Part shown: positions 1 to 11,257 of the stretch, in pieces | How the letters are laid out: every line of letters begins with the position of its first letter | How positions within the stretch are numbered: position 1 is the first letter of the stretch | Origin: Candidatus Altimarinota bacterium | GTDB lineage: Bacteria > Patescibacteriota > Gracilibacteria > CAIRYL01 | Length of the DNA stretch: 64,000 nucleotides | NCBI GenBank assembly: GCA_965250085.1 | Contig: OZ252287.1 | Location: 576,001 to 640,000, forward strand | Reading direction: 5' to 3' | Program-made: the position numbers and the translations under genes | Notes under the pieces: generated by a model | What the model was told of the DNA's origin: nothing | Databases searched by the model: none | The model's input: only the letters and a program-made list of their open reading frames with translations

Positions 1-4
1 CCAT

Positions 5-1171
5 ATGCTTTCTATGGGGGCGTTTAACGCTCTTCTGAAGACTTTAGAAGAACCCCCTGACTTTGTATATTTCATCTTAGCTACTACAGAACTTCACAAG
101 GTTCCAGAAACTATTCAGAGTAGGTGCCAAAAATTTTCTTTCAGACGGCTCACACAGAGCGACATTGTGCAAAGACTTTTGTTTATCGCAGAAAAAGAAA
201 ATATAACGGCAGAAAAAGAAGCCTTAGAGATTATTGCTTCCCAAGCAGGAGGCGGACTCAGAGATGCAATATCTTTGTTTGAACAACACTCAGTGAGTGG
301 AAAAATTACTGCAGATACCCTGAGAAATCAGATGGGGCTGGTTTCAGCAACAATTGTAGAAGAGTTTTTGGAAAAAATAGAATCCTCCGATGCTTCTGGA
401 GCACTAGAAAAACTTGATAACATAGTACGAGAAGGATTTTCTCTTTCTGAGTTTGTACGAAGTTTTTTGCTTCTTCTCAGGGAAAAAATATTGGAAGCAT
501 CTAAAAAGGATGAAGGAATTGCATCTTTTATAGAGCTTGCAGAGGTTTTTGATGAAGCTCAGCGAAAAATAAAATTCGCAGTCATCCCTCAATTACCTCT
601 TGAAATAGCTATCGTAAAAGCGACTATTTTGAGTAATAAAAAACCTGAAGATGATGGGAAAATTTTTGGTATTTTTGGGGGAGAGAAAAAAGAAAATGTT
701 CAAAAACAAAAAGATATACAAAAGAAAAAGGAAGAACAGGATTTGTCACAGGAAGATAAGACTCTTCCAGCAGAGAAAGATGAAAAAAAAGCTGATTTTA
801 TTGCTCCAGAACTAAATCTTAAAGGGATTAAATCTGCATGGCCACAGATTATTGAAAAAACTTCCGGTTCACTCCTGAGAATGTCCTTAAAAAACGCTAA
901 TATTACTGATTTTACAGAAAAAACCCTGACTCTTTCATTCCCAGCAGAAACATGGAAAGAGCAAGTAGAGAAGATCGAACATACGAGAGAGCTCCTGAAT
1001 GCGTTTCAAGAAGTTTTTTCTCAAGAAATACGAATCTCCTGCATACTTTCTGAAGTACAACTCGAACCGACCATCATGGAAGAACCTGAAGAAGATGACA
1101 AAAAAGAAGACCTGAGTCCATTGGAAGCGCTCCAAGAAATTATGGGAGTAACCGCAGAAAAGAAAGAATAA
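5..1171 (+). CDS. dnaX: DNA polymerase III subunit gamma/tau (5'-truncated by window edge)
   Basis: HMLSMGAFNALLKTLEEPP, ATTELHKVPETIQSRCQ and GGLRDAISL clamp-loader motifs. Confidence 0.95.
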   Translation: MLSMGAFNALLKTLEEPPDFVYFILATTELHKVPETIQSRCQKFSFRRLTQSDIVQRLLFIAEKENITAEKEALEIIASQAGGGLRDAISLFEQHSVSGKITADTLRNQMGLVSATIVEEFLEKIESSDASGALEKLDNIVREGFSLSEFVRSFLLLLREKILEASKKDEGIASFIELAEVFDEAQRKIKFAVIPQLPLEIAIVKATILSNKKPEDDGKIFGIFGGEKKENVQKQKDIQKKKEEQDLSQEDKTLPAEKDEKKADFIAPELNLKGIKSAWPQIIEKTSGSLLRMSLKNANITDFTEKTLTLSFPAETWKEQVEKIEHTRELLNAFQEVFSQEIRISCILSEVQLEPTIMEEPEEDDKKEDLSPLEALQEIMGVTAEKKE

Positions 1172-1182
1172 TCAGATCACTC

Positions 1183-2142
1183 TTAATATTGACCTGAATC
1201 TGGAAGGGTTGGCTCTCGAGAACCAACTTTTTTTCGTAGTTCAAGAGCGATATCTTCTGGAAGAACTCGATACACTTCTACTGAACTCCCGACATCAAAT
1301 TCGTTCCAAATAATCTGCATAGCTTCTGAAGGAGTATTTACACACCCATGTGATCCTCCCCATTTTCGCCAATCTACATTCCACATATAAGATTCGGTCC
1401 TCCAAGTTGCATCGTGAATAGCATAGTCTCCCGAATAGTAAAACGCCTTCGTAACATACCACTGTTGCTGCATATGATGAGGACCTCTTCTGTTGTATAC
1501 CTGAAAAGTTCCTGCCGGCGTTGGAGTAGTGTTTTTACCAGTTATAATTCGGGAGTATACTTCTAATCGACAATCCTTTACCCCATAAAGGAGTTGATTC
1601 TGTAAATCAACGATAATTTTATTTTCAGATATAACTTGTTTGGAGCAATTTTGATTTTGCTTCCAAAGCTCGAAGGAACAAAGTCTTTTGTTGTCATCGT
1701 TGGCAATAGTAGTGCAAATTTCTGAGGTAAGCGCCCCTGTTTTTGCACGCAAAAGAATTTCTTCTTTCTCATGAAAATACATATTTTGTCTTTTTAAGAC
1801 TTTATTACACAAATTTTTATCAGAGGTATTGGCAAGTTTCCGGCAAAACAGAAGTTTGAGATTGAGATTTTCTCCTTGTTGAAATATCTGTTTTTGAAGA
1901 AGAGATATGTTTCCCTGTCTCTTCAGAAGAGCAACGCAAGATCCCTTATTGTTAAATCTTTTCAGCTCTCCACAAAAATCTTCTTGAGTACCTTGTGAAA
2001 AAGAAGTTGTCTCTTCTGACGATACAATTCCATGCTTATACTGGTATCGATAGAGGCCCCTATTGGCAGATACACTTTGTGCTTGCCAGAGGGAAACACA
2101 AAATACCAAAACGCCGAGAGTGACAACAATATTTCTCTTCAT
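1183..2142 (-). CDS. Secreted L,D-transpeptidase (YkuD) family protein with Cys-repeat N-terminus
   Basis: Signal peptide; IIVDLQNQLL, TGKNTTPTPAG, YAIHDA and GSHGCVN catalytic motifs. Confidence 0.85.
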   Translation of the reverse strand: MKRNIVVTLGVLVFCVSLWQAQSVSANRGLYRYQYKHGIVSSEETTSFSQGTQEDFCGELKRFNNKGSCVALLKRQGNISLLQKQIFQQGENLNLKLLFCRKLANTSDKNLCNKVLKRQNMYFHEKEEILLRAKTGALTSEICTTIANDDNKRLCSFELWKQNQNCSKQVISENKIIVDLQNQLLYGVKDCRLEVYSRIITGKNTTPTPAGTFQVYNRRGPHHMQQQWYVTKAFYYSGDYAIHDATWRTESYMWNVDWRKWGGSHGCVNTPSEAMQIIWNEFDVGSSVEVYRVLPEDIALELRKKVGSREPTLPDSGQY

Positions 2143-2207
2143 AGAGAACAGAGCAAGAAAATCTTATGTATTATAATAACATAAGTATATACTTTTGTAA
2201 ATCCCTC

Positions 2208-2612
2208 TTATTTTTTCCTCCCTTTTTTCTCTTTTTGACCTTCTTCATTTTTTTCAGAAGAATCTTCCTCTGATATTTCTGACCCATCATCAGAATTCTC
2301 CTCTTCTTTTTGTTCGTCGTTTATTTTTTCTTGTTTGGATTCTTCATCTTTTTGGTCTTTTTCTTTTTTCGTCGCACTTTTTGGAGTCGTCGAAGGTGTT
2401 GATTCTGACCCATCTTGATCTTTAAATTTTGCCATAAATTTTTCTACACGTCCTTCGGTGTCTACCAACTTTTTCTTACCAGTATAATGCGGATGACACT
2501 TCATACAAATTTCTGTATGAAGCTTTTTTAGCGTTCCATTGATCGTGTATTTTGCACCACATGAACATGTGACCTGCGTCTGATGCTGAGTGGGATGAAT
2601 TCCTGTTTTCAT
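2208..2612 (-). CDS. rpmE: 50S ribosomal protein L31 with long charged C-terminal extension
   Basis: MKTGIHP, CSCG, CMKCHPHYTG, GRVEKF. Confidence 0.95.
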   Translation of the reverse strand: MKTGIHPTQHQTQVTCSCGAKYTINGTLKKLHTEICMKCHPHYTGKKKLVDTEGRVEKFMAKFKDQDGSESTPSTTPKSATKKEKDQKDEESKQEKINDEQKEEENSDDGSEISEEDSSEKNEEGQKEKKGRKK

Positions 2613-2709
2613 GGAAGAACAAAGCTCAAATTACGGGAGCAAAGTGTAGGCAAAACGATTGAGCAATGCAAGACTTCTTTTGAGTCGCCCTCTCTATGGT
2701 TTCTATAAA

Positions 2710-4101
2710 TTAGGTTTTTTTCGTCATCGTCTCGACTTTTATCCACTCGTGAAATTGTTTCTCTGTTACAAAACCACTTTTTATTGCCTCTTCCTGCAAA
2801 GTAGTTCCCTTTTTATGAGCCATATGAGCAATTTTTGCAGCTCTTTCGTAGCTAATGTGAGGCGCAAGTGCTGTCACAAGCATCAAAGAATTTTTCACAT
2901 GCTTTTGAATTACCTCTGTGTTTGCCTTCAATCCTCTTACACAATTTTTTTCAAAAGAATGTATCACATCTGTAAGAAGCTGAGCAGATTCTAGAAGTGT
3001 ATAGGCCATCAATGGCTTATAAGTGTTGAGTTCTAAATGTCCATTCGACCCGGCAATACTCATAGTGACATCATTTCCCATTACGCGTGTACATACCATT
3101 GTCAAAGCTTCACATTGAGTAGGATTTACTTTTCCTGGCATGATGGATGATCCTGGTTCATTCGCAGGAAGGATCAGCTCTCCTATTCCTGTTCGTGGTC
3201 CGGAAGCAAGGAGTCTGATGTCATTTGATATTTTGTTGAGTGCTACTGCTGCTTGTTTGAGGGCTGAGTGCGCTTTGACCAATGCATCATGAGATGCAAT
3301 AAGAGCAAATCTATTTTTTGCAGGTTTGAAGGGCATTTTGGTCATCCGGGCAATACATCGTATTGCCTTTGGGCCAAACTCTTTTGGAGCATTTATCCCC
3401 GTGCCCACGGCGGTTCCTCCAAGTGGAAGTTTTGCAAGGTTTGGAAGAGCTTCTTGGACTGTATTGAGAGCATCTTCCAGTTGGGCTGAATACCCGGAAA
3501 ATTCTTGACCAAGAGTCAAGGGGACGGCATCCATCAGGTGTGTGCGTCCTATTTTTACTACTTTCTGGAACTGTTTTGATTTTTTTTCACAGGTCTTCAG
3601 AAGACCTGTAAGAGCAGGTATGAATTGGTTCTTGAGTGCTGTATAAGAAGCAATATGCATTGCCGTTGGAAACGTATCATTGGAGGATTGTGAGGCATTT
3701 ACATCATCATTTGGATGCAGAATCTTTTCCTTATCAGAAAGTTTTCCGCCACTGAGTATGTGTGCTCTACTGGCAATTACTTCATTCATGTTCATATTTG
3801 TCTGTGTACCAGAGCCTGTTTGCCAAATAACCAAAGGAAACTCATTGTCCAATTTTCCCTCCCGTATTTCATTGCACACTCGAATGATCAGACGTGCTTT
3901 TGATTTAGGAATAATCCTGAGCTCTGCATTTGTCTCTGCAGCAGCAGATTTGATCACCGCATATGCCAAGATAATTGATTTTGGCATCAATTGATCTCCA
4001 ATTTGAAAGTTATGGAGTGAACGCTGAGTCTGAGCTCCCCAATAATGCTGAGAAGGAACGTGCACTTCTCCCAAACTGTCATGTTCTGTGCGGTATTTCA
4101 T
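2710..4101 (-). CDS. fumC: Fumarate hydratase class II
   Basis: WGAQTQRS, WQTGSGTQTNMN, GSSIMPGKVNPTQCEA signature. Confidence 0.95.
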   Translation of the reverse strand: MKYRTEHDSLGEVHVPSQHYWGAQTQRSLHNFQIGDQLMPKSIILAYAVIKSAAAETNAELRIIPKSKARLIIRVCNEIREGKLDNEFPLVIWQTGSGTQTNMNMNEVIASRAHILSGGKLSDKEKILHPNDDVNASQSSNDTFPTAMHIASYTALKNQFIPALTGLLKTCEKKSKQFQKVVKIGRTHLMDAVPLTLGQEFSGYSAQLEDALNTVQEALPNLAKLPLGGTAVGTGINAPKEFGPKAIRCIARMTKMPFKPAKNRFALIASHDALVKAHSALKQAAVALNKISNDIRLLASGPRTGIGELILPANEPGSSIMPGKVNPTQCEALTMVCTRVMGNDVTMSIAGSNGHLELNTYKPLMAYTLLESAQLLTDVIHSFEKNCVRGLKANTEVIQKHVKNSLMLVTALAPHISYERAAKIAHMAHKKGTTLQEEAIKSGFVTEKQFHEWIKVETMTKKT

Positions 4102-4256
4102 GCGAAGCTATTTTTGAGGATTTTGGAACAAAGAGCAAGGATAAGCAGTTTTTGAAGTGAAATATGCCACCAAGATGTCAATAAAAAACTGCGTTGAAAT
4201 TTGCGATTTCAATGTAAAGAGAATAGTATTTTGTCTGTTGTTTCTTTTAAGGATTT

Positions 4257-5393
4257 ATGTCAAAAATCAAAAGACTCTACGACGCTATCTCTACAGATGA
4301 GGTAGTGGATTCATACCTTTCGGCGGCGCAGAAAATCGCAGAAGATCGCGGCAGCATGGCTGCACTTGAAGAGAGTACATATGCGTTTTGTCGGGTAATA
4401 GGTGAAATCCTTGCCACTGAGGAAAATAAAGAACCAGATTCAGTTCTCTTGGCAGTACTTGATAATGAAGAACTTTCCTCAGAAGAAGATCAGATCTCAT
4501 TTTATCGAGAACAAATATCAAAGAAAATTAAAGGAGGCATCGAGCATTTAGTCCTTGGATTGTTGCCATTGCATGAAACAAGAGCGGATCTTCGGCGGAG
4601 GAAAGCTACACTTCGAGAATTGCAGCTTTTGGTTCCAAGAGAAGTGATACAAACTCTTCTTCCTTATCTTTCTGATGAAGCAAAAGAGAGAATTCAGGAA
4701 AGAATTGTTGGAATACGAAAAAAGATATATCTGCTCCGTTTGCCAGGTGCTGTGCTCACAGTTCATGACAATCTATTAGACGATCAACCACTGTTTATAC
4801 TGAGCAATAACGCCGCTAACCCACAAGACCGTGTAGAGCCGGAAGAAATCCCATCTTCAATCCTGGAGAGAGAAGCTATCGTCCCACATGAAACAACTTT
4901 ACTGCTCCCAAGGCATAAAGTGATAACAGCCATAAGTGAGACGGGAATGTTCATACAGAATCCAAGTGTTTCTCCTCAGGGAGAAACACAATCTTTGTCC
5001 GACAGTCTTGCTACTCTTGCTCCATATATACAAGATAGAGACAGAGAGATAGTAAAGAAGCATGCCTTATCTCATAAGAGACCTGATCGACGAAACCTTA
5101 TAGATGATATATGTGAAGCTGCCATTGAAAGAGTTGCGTCTGAATTTTGTGTAAATTTACCCGGACATTATGCTTCATATGACGATTTTATAGCCGACCC
5201 AAAAGGAGTTGAAGTCCTGAGAACAAAAAGCAACATATTTGAAGTTCTCAGAATGATGAGGGCAACAAGAAAAGAGATACAAGATGGAATAACAAGTGCT
5301 ATCTCTTTGAGCGGACTTCTCACTAATGAGAGCGTATCATTCAGGGATCAAGTAGCAGAAAGCGTTCTTGAACCCGAGCAAAAAGCTGCCTAA
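4257..5393 (+). CDS. Hypothetical protein
   Basis: 378-aa ORF, acidic and helical, no recognised motif. Confidence 0.7.
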   Translation: MSKIKRLYDAISTDEVVDSYLSAAQKIAEDRGSMAALEESTYAFCRVIGEILATEENKEPDSVLLAVLDNEELSSEEDQISFYREQISKKIKGGIEHLVLGLLPLHETRADLRRRKATLRELQLLVPREVIQTLLPYLSDEAKERIQERIVGIRKKIYLLRLPGAVLTVHDNLLDDQPLFILSNNAANPQDRVEPEEIPSSILEREAIVPHETTLLLPRHKVITAISETGMFIQNPSVSPQGETQSLSDSLATLAPYIQDRDREIVKKHALSHKRPDRRNLIDDICEAAIERVASEFCVNLPGHYASYDDFIADPKGVEVLRTKSNIFEVLRMMRATRKEIQDGITSAISLSGLLTNESVSFRDQVAESVLEPEQKAA

Positions 5394-5569
5394 TGTTTAC
5401 AAAAACTGATTCTTTAAAAGGCACATGGAATTTTCCTCGGTCCACAATATTGTGTGTCATACTTTATAAATATCTGAAACAAAGCATTGCCTCTGGGAAT
5501 TTATCAAAAACCACAATTTGACATGATGGGAATTTGTCAATAAAGTGTGGCACTTCTTGCTTTTTTCTC

Positions 5570-6028
5570 ATGCATCGAAGAAAAACACCATCCTCGCAAT
5601 CTCCTCTCAGTACACGAAAACCTCTATTAAGGGCATGGACACGATCACGCGACCTTGTAGTGCAGCACACTTACACTGAATATGGTTCTATCGCATCACC
5701 TCGAGATCCAAGAAAAACTCAGTTTCTTTTTGCAGATAAAAAAGAAGACTCTGAACTCTCGAGGCTCAATGATATATATGGTATTCATCTCAAAGATGAA
5801 ATATTTGAAGTAAAAACACTTGGTAGTTCCTTGACATTAGGAGAGATTTCAGAAGTAGCCAAAAAAGCAGGTGATTCATATATTTATATTGGAGGTATTG
5901 CTTTTCCTCACAGAAACATATTGTATATCGAATATGATGATGAAAAAAAACATCATTGCGCTGCTCTTCCTATTGCTCCTGAGTCGATTGTGATTTCTTT
6001 GATAAGGCACCGGCTCCAGTCTCTGTGA
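5570..6028 (+). CDS. Hypothetical protein
   Basis: ORF filling the gap before guaB; ATG start at 5570 inferred. Confidence 0.55.
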   Translation: MHRRKTPSSQSPLSTRKPLLRAWTRSRDLVVQHTYTEYGSIASPRDPRKTQFLFADKKEDSELSRLNDIYGIHLKDEIFEVKTLGSSLTLGEISEVAKKAGDSYIYIGGIAFPHRNILYIEYDDEKKHHCAALPIAPESIVISLIRHRLQSL

Positions 6029-6111
6029 GAGAAAAGTTAAAAACCATTTGCAAAACCCTAAAAAATGAGAGAAGATAGTCAAAAGTTCTCGATTTTTTTG
6101 AATTCCTGAAA

Positions 6112-7590
6112 ATGATAAATGATTTTCCGAAAAAACTAACATTTGATGACGTTCTTTTAGCTCCACAGTATTCGGAAATTTTGCCGAAAGATACAGATAC
6201 GTCTATAAAAATATCAAAATCTATTACCCTGCAAATCCCCTTTTTCTCTGCTGCCATGGACACTGTCACAGAGTCCAATATGGCGATCGAAATGGCTCTT
6301 GCAGGTGGAATAGGGGTTATTCACAAAAATCTATCTCCCGAAAATCAGGCAGATCAAGTCGCTATTGTCAAAAGATTTGAGAATGGATTTATCAAAGAGC
6401 CAGTGGTGCTTTCACCCGATGCTACTATTGAGGATGTGTATAACATTCGCAGAGATTGCGGATATAAGGCTGTACCTATCACGAAAAATGGAAAAGCAAG
6501 CGGCAAACTCATGGGGCTCGTAACAGCCAATGATTACTTTATTAATCGACACAGAAGCCAAAAAGTTACCAAACGCATGACACCTGTTGCCAAGCTCCTC
6601 ACTGCAGGAGAAGGAACTTCCTTAGAAAAAGCACATGAAATTTTGGAGGAATCCAAACACTCCAAGCTCCTTATAATTTCTCAGAATGAAGAACTTCGGG
6701 CTATGGTTACCAGAAGAGACTTGGAACGAAAGCAAGACTTTCCTCTTGCCTCACTGGACACAGAAAACAGATTGCTCTGCGCAGCAGCTGTCGGTCCAGC
6801 AAAAAATATGGAAGAAAGAGTAGAAAAACTGGTTTCAGCAGGAGTAGATATTCTGGTGGTAGATACTGCTCACGGACACTCCAGAGGAGTTGGTGATACC
6901 GTAAAATATATTAAGAAATATCATCCCAATATCACGGTAATTGGAGGAAATATTGCTACTCCAGAAGCTGTAGAATTTTTGGCAAAAGCTGGAGCAGATG
7001 GAGTAAAAGTCGGCATTGGACCTGGGTCTATCTGTACCACACGCATTATAGCTGGTGTGGGCATCCCTCAGTTTTCTGCTATTTCCGATTGTGCAAAAAC
7101 AGCGCAGAAAAAAGGACTATCACTTGTTGCAGATGGAGGCATTAAGTATTCTGGAGACGCAGTAAAAGCTCTGGCTGCAGGTGCAAATGCTGTCATGATC
7201 GGCTCACTCTTTGCTGGCACAGAAGAGAGTCCTGGAGAAATCATTTATTCCAATGGAAAAACGTACAAAAGCTATCGTGGCATGGGATCATTAGCAGCCA
7301 TGAAGGGTGGTGGAAATGAGCGCTATGGTCAGTCTGAAATACAGGAAGATACCAAGTTTGTTCCTGAGGGAGTTGAAGGACGAATCCTTTTTAAGGGTTC
7401 CGTTCGCAATGAGATTTACCAGCTCTCCGGAGGACTCAGATCATCTTTAGGATACCAGGGGTGCAAAAACCTTTCTGAACTTCAGAAAAATGCGAAATTC
7501 GTACAAATCAGTAATGCCTCACTGAAAGAAAGCCATCCGCATGACGTCGCTATTGCGCAACATGCTCCAAACTATCGAATGGAGAAATAA
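6112..7590 (+). CDS. guaB: IMP dehydrogenase
   Basis: [20 protein letters not shown] pair, [11 protein letters not shown] catalytic loop. Confidence 0.97.
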   Translation: MINDFPKKLTFDDVLLAPQYSEILPKDTDTSIKISKSITLQIPFFSAAMDTVTESNMAIEMALAGGIGVIHKNLSPENQADQVAIVKRFENGFIKEPVVLSPDATIEDVYNIRRDCGYKAVPITKNGKASGKLMGLVTANDYFINRHRSQKVTKRMTPVAKLLTAGEGTSLEKAHEILEESKHSKLLIISQNEELRAMVTRRDLERKQDFPLASLDTENRLLCAAAVGPAKNMEERVEKLVSAGVDILVVDTAHGHSRGVGDTVKYIKKYHPNITVIGGNIATPEAVEFLAKAGADGVKVGIGPGSICTTRIIAGVGIPQFSAISDCAKTAQKKGLSLVADGGIKYSGDAVKALAAGANAVMIGSLFAGTEESPGEIIYSNGKTYKSYRGMGSLAAMKGGGNERYGQSEIQEDTKFVPEGVEGRILFKGSVRNEIYQLSGGLRSSLGYQGCKNLSELQKNAKFVQISNASLKESHPHDVAIAQHAPNYRMEK

Positions 7591-7694
7591 AATACTATTG
7601 GAGGGAAGTGTTTGACCGGAGTCAGTACCTAAGTTTCATTGATTTTTAGGCGTAAAAGAGATATAATGAAACGATATATTTTATATAAAAACAC

Positions 7695-8882
7695 ATGTCT
7701 TTTGATGACGACCTTTTCCTAGAGGATACTATTCCTTCCGCCATAAAAGAGATTGATATTACTCTACTCAGAAACCCAAGCGCTCAAAAGCAAACTGGAA
7801 AAAGTGAAGAGATAACAGATGTCCAGATTGAAGGGAATGCTGACAATATTGCCATGGATGATATTCTGGACGTTGCCATCAAAGACAAAGCCTCCGATGT
7901 CCATCTCAGCACAAATTCACGCATTGCACTTCGTATCAATGGAAATATTCACTTTGTGGACAACCTCCCAGAGCTCACAAAAGAGCAAGCAGAAAGGATT
8001 ATCTTCAGCATAATCCCTACTGATAACATGAAAGAGACTCTCATAAGGACGCGGGAATCTGACTTTAACTATGAACATTCAGATGGGACAGGGTTCCGTG
8101 TAAATTTGTTTTACAAGAGAAACAATCTTGCCGCTGTCATGAGACGTATCGAAACGGAAGCATTTACCATAGAAGAGCTTGGCATCCCTCATGCTATTAA
8201 CAAGCTTATTCAGTCACGTCAGGGGCTCATCCTTGTAACCGGTCCTACTGGATCTGGAAAATCAACTTCTATGCAAGCAATGCTTGAGCATATTAATAAG
8301 ACACGGGTGGAGCACATTATCACTATTGAAGATCCCATTGAATTTATTTTTGATCCCAAAAAATCAATTATTTCTCAGCGTGAAATCGGAAGCGATACGC
8401 TTTCTTTTGCCAATTCACTAAGAGCTGCTCTGCGTGAAGATCCTGATGTTATTATGATTGGTGAAATGCGTGATGCAGAAACAATGATGACTGCCATGAA
8501 CCTTGCAGAGACAGGGCATCTCGTTTTTTCCACATTACACACGTTCAATGCGACTCAAACGGTTTCTCGTATTGCCGCTGCTTTTCCACTTGATCAGCAA
8601 TCACAAATATTTGCACAGCTCTCAGACACATTGATCGGAGTCCTTTCTCAACGGTTAGCTCCTCGTATTGATCAGCCAGGGAGAGTTGCTATGTTTGAGC
8701 TCATGGTGGTAAACGCCGGAGTCCGAAACTTAATTCGAAGAGGAGAAGTTACACAAATTCCTAATGCGATTCAGGCAGGTGGGCATTTGGGAATGGTGCG
8801 TATGGAAAAATATGCAGAATACCTTTCTCTCAAAAAGATGGTTCGCAAAGAGGATTATGAGCACTTCTTTATTGAAGAGTAA
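7695..8882 (+). CDS. pilT: Type IV pilus retraction ATPase PilT/PilU family
   Basis: ASDVHL, GPTGSGKST, TIEDPIE, ALREDPDVIMIGEMRD, ETGHLVFSTLH, VRNLIR. Confidence 0.92.
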   Translation: MSFDDDLFLEDTIPSAIKEIDITLLRNPSAQKQTGKSEEITDVQIEGNADNIAMDDILDVAIKDKASDVHLSTNSRIALRINGNIHFVDNLPELTKEQAERIIFSIIPTDNMKETLIRTRESDFNYEHSDGTGFRVNLFYKRNNLAAVMRRIETEAFTIEELGIPHAINKLIQSRQGLILVTGPTGSGKSTSMQAMLEHINKTRVEHIITIEDPIEFIFDPKKSIISQREIGSDTLSFANSLRAALREDPDVIMIGEMRDAETMMTAMNLAETGHLVFSTLHTFNATQTVSRIAAAFPLDQQSQIFAQLSDTLIGVLSQRLAPRIDQPGRVAMFELMVVNAGVRNLIRRGEVTQIPNAIQAGGHLGMVRMEKYAEYLSLKKMVRKEDYEHFFIEE

Positions 8883-10580
8883 TTACTCTTTTCTCATTTG
8901 GAGAGCTGTGTGAATTCGGAAAAAAAGTGGAGTATTCACAATCTTTCCATAAATTTTTTCGAATGGAGGAAAAAGGGATCCTAAATTAGAAAATTTTGAA
9001 GAAAGAAAGTCTTCTGTAATGACAAAAACTTCTTCTGAAGATCCAGCAAATCGAAGAGGAAAATTTTGAAGTATGTCTGGGGTTTCTCTTTTTTGAAGAA
9101 TATTTTCTGATGCATTCTCGAAAGTTGAAAACATTAAAATCTTCCCTTTTTGAGCCAACACAAATTTTGTGCTTTGGTTTTCAAGATCTCTTAAGCCAAA
9201 AGAAATCATCCTTACTCCATCTTCTTCTGTGTCATTTACAGAAATATTTACCTCTTCGGGAAATATTTCTCGTATGGTGCTTCCATCTTCTAATGTATTT
9301 TCTATAATCCGAGGAAGGAATCTCGAAGACATCTTTTCAAGAGATACTTTAAATTTTTCCAGCTTGTTTGATGCAAATTCTGTATCAGAAACTCTCAAGA
9401 GAACAAAAATCTCTTGTGCCTTTTGGTCGCTTCCCACAACAAACTCACCCTCAAGGAGGGGAAGAATATCAAACGTCCAAGATATACCTTCACCAAAAAA
9501 TTGAGATATTTTTTGAGAAAGAATATTTTGAAATCTTTCACGAAAAGTACTATCGACCGAATCAAAATACGTAAGTCCCTGCAAAAAATCTTCTGTAAAA
9601 TCATTCCCCCATATGAAGGCATGGGCATTTCGAGGTATATAGGACAAGAGTGAGGGTGTTCCTCCTGTAAACTCAAGAGCTTCATTACTGAGATCTTTCT
9701 CTGGAGAGATCTCTTCCCGATACAGCAGTATATGTGATTCAAGAGCATTGTTTCTTCTGTTTTCAGTAAGAGCCATGCCTACTTCAGACGCTACTTGAAA
9801 GAGTGGCATCAGTGTCCGATATTCATTTGTTTGTATATGAGAAGTAAGAAATGGCTTACTTCTTATAAAGAGTCTCATAATGTGATTTCTCGGAAGCTCT
9901 GCAACTGTACGTTCAAAATCCTGACTCAAAAAAAGAGAAGACTCTGCTTCTTTTTGAGCACTCAAGAGCATGACAATGCTTTCTTTCTCTTGTGAACACG
10001 TGAAATATCCTTTCAAAACAAAGCAATATTGAGCTCGAGGGGAAGAAAGTGTGAGTATGGTGTGACCTGAGAAGTCTTCTCTTTCAACCCTTTTCTGAGA
10101 AGCAAGGTATTCAGAAAGCGCTTTTTTATTTCCTATAGAGACAAATGTAATTCGTGAGGGAGTGTTGCTGGAAGATCCATACACAGCGATTCCTCCTCTT
10201 TTCCCTCTCCATCTGATAATTTCGTCTGGATGGAAGTCAAAGAAAAATGCTTCTATTTTTTTAAGTGCCTGTTCCCATTCTGGGGAGGAATTTTGAGTTT
10301 CAGAAAAATTTTCAAATCTTTCGACATTCACAAAAGCAATCAAATCTTTTTCTGGAATAATTTTCTCGAGATCAGAAGGAACAAAAACTCTGTCAAAAAG
10401 CAGTAAAGCAGTAAAAATACACATCAAACCTCCCACCAGAAGAAACAACATTCCCGAAAGGAAGTTTGTTCTTTTTTTTGATTTTGTTTGTGCAGAAGAT
10501 TTCTTTTCTTTTGTTTTTTTCTGGCTTCGTTTTTTCTGTGGCTCCATCTTCTTCGCCAATATGCTCCAAAGTTTTTTCAT
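8883..10580 (-). CDS. Membrane-anchored DUF3352-like protein
   Basis: Basic N-terminus, single TM, large extracytoplasmic domain; family assignment by resemblance only. Confidence 0.55.
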   Translation of the reverse strand: MKKLWSILAKKMEPQKKRSQKKTKEKKSSAQTKSKKRTNFLSGMLFLLVGGLMCIFTALLLFDRVFVPSDLEKIIPEKDLIAFVNVERFENFSETQNSSPEWEQALKKIEAFFFDFHPDEIIRWRGKRGGIAVYGSSSNTPSRITFVSIGNKKALSEYLASQKRVEREDFSGHTILTLSSPRAQYCFVLKGYFTCSQEKESIVMLLSAQKEAESSLFLSQDFERTVAELPRNHIMRLFIRSKPFLTSHIQTNEYRTLMPLFQVASEVGMALTENRRNNALESHILLYREEISPEKDLSNEALEFTGGTPSLLSYIPRNAHAFIWGNDFTEDFLQGLTYFDSVDSTFRERFQNILSQKISQFFGEGISWTFDILPLLEGEFVVGSDQKAQEIFVLLRVSDTEFASNKLEKFKVSLEKMSSRFLPRIIENTLEDGSTIREIFPEEVNISVNDTEEDGVRMISFGLRDLENQSTKFVLAQKGKILMFSTFENASENILQKRETPDILQNFPLRFAGSSEEVFVITEDFLSSKFSNLGSLFPPFEKIYGKIVNTPLFFRIHTALQMRKE

Positions 10581-10717
10581 TTTTCAAGAAAGATCAAATA
10601 TACTTGAGCAGTATAGAAAAGATTTGATCTTCAATCGAGAGAAAATTTATTTTGTTTACTCTTCATTCCATATCTTCTGTTCATACGAAATTATGTGTAT
10701 ATTTTGAAAAAAGTGCT

Positions 10718-11188
10718 ATGAAAATCCATATTCTTGCCGTTGGGAAAACAAAAGAACCTTGGTGTCAAAAAGGAGAGATAACATATCTACATCTCCTTCA
10801 AAATATTTGTGATATACAATCTGCTGTGGTTCCTGAGGAAAAAATAACTCCTTCTGTTTCCAAAAGGGAAGTTCAAAAAAGAGAAGGTCTCTTTTTACTC
10901 AAAAAAATACCGCCAGATTCTCACGTTGTTGCACTTTCTCCTGACGGCACACAAATGTCTTCTCAGGAATTTTCAAAATTTTTAAAAAACATCAGAGATA
11001 TTGGAGGAGGGAAGGCATGCTTCCTTATTGGTGGTCCTCTGGGGCTTTCTCAGGAAGTTTTAGACACATCAGATCAGATTATCTCATTTTCATCTATGAC
11101 ATTTCCTCACGATTTATTTCGCATTATGCTTTTAGAACAACTGTATCGTGGACTCTCCATTCTCTTCGGAAAAAAATATCACAAGTAA
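10718..11188 (+). CDS. rlmH: 23S rRNA pseudouridine-1915 N3-methyltransferase
   Basis: MKIHILAVGK, FLIGGPLG, SFSSMTFPHDLFRIMLLEQLYRG, YHK. Confidence 0.95.
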   Translation: MKIHILAVGKTKEPWCQKGEITYLHLLQNICDIQSAVVPEEKITPSVSKREVQKREGLFLLKKIPPDSHVVALSPDGTQMSSQEFSKFLKNIRDIGGGKACFLIGGPLGLSQEVLDTSDQIISFSSMTFPHDLFRIMLLEQLYRGLSILFGKKYHK

Positions 11189-11257
11189 GAAGTGAAACCT
11201 CTTTTCATTTCCCCCCTTTTTTGAAACCATAGAACAGCTTTTGAGATATAGAGTATT

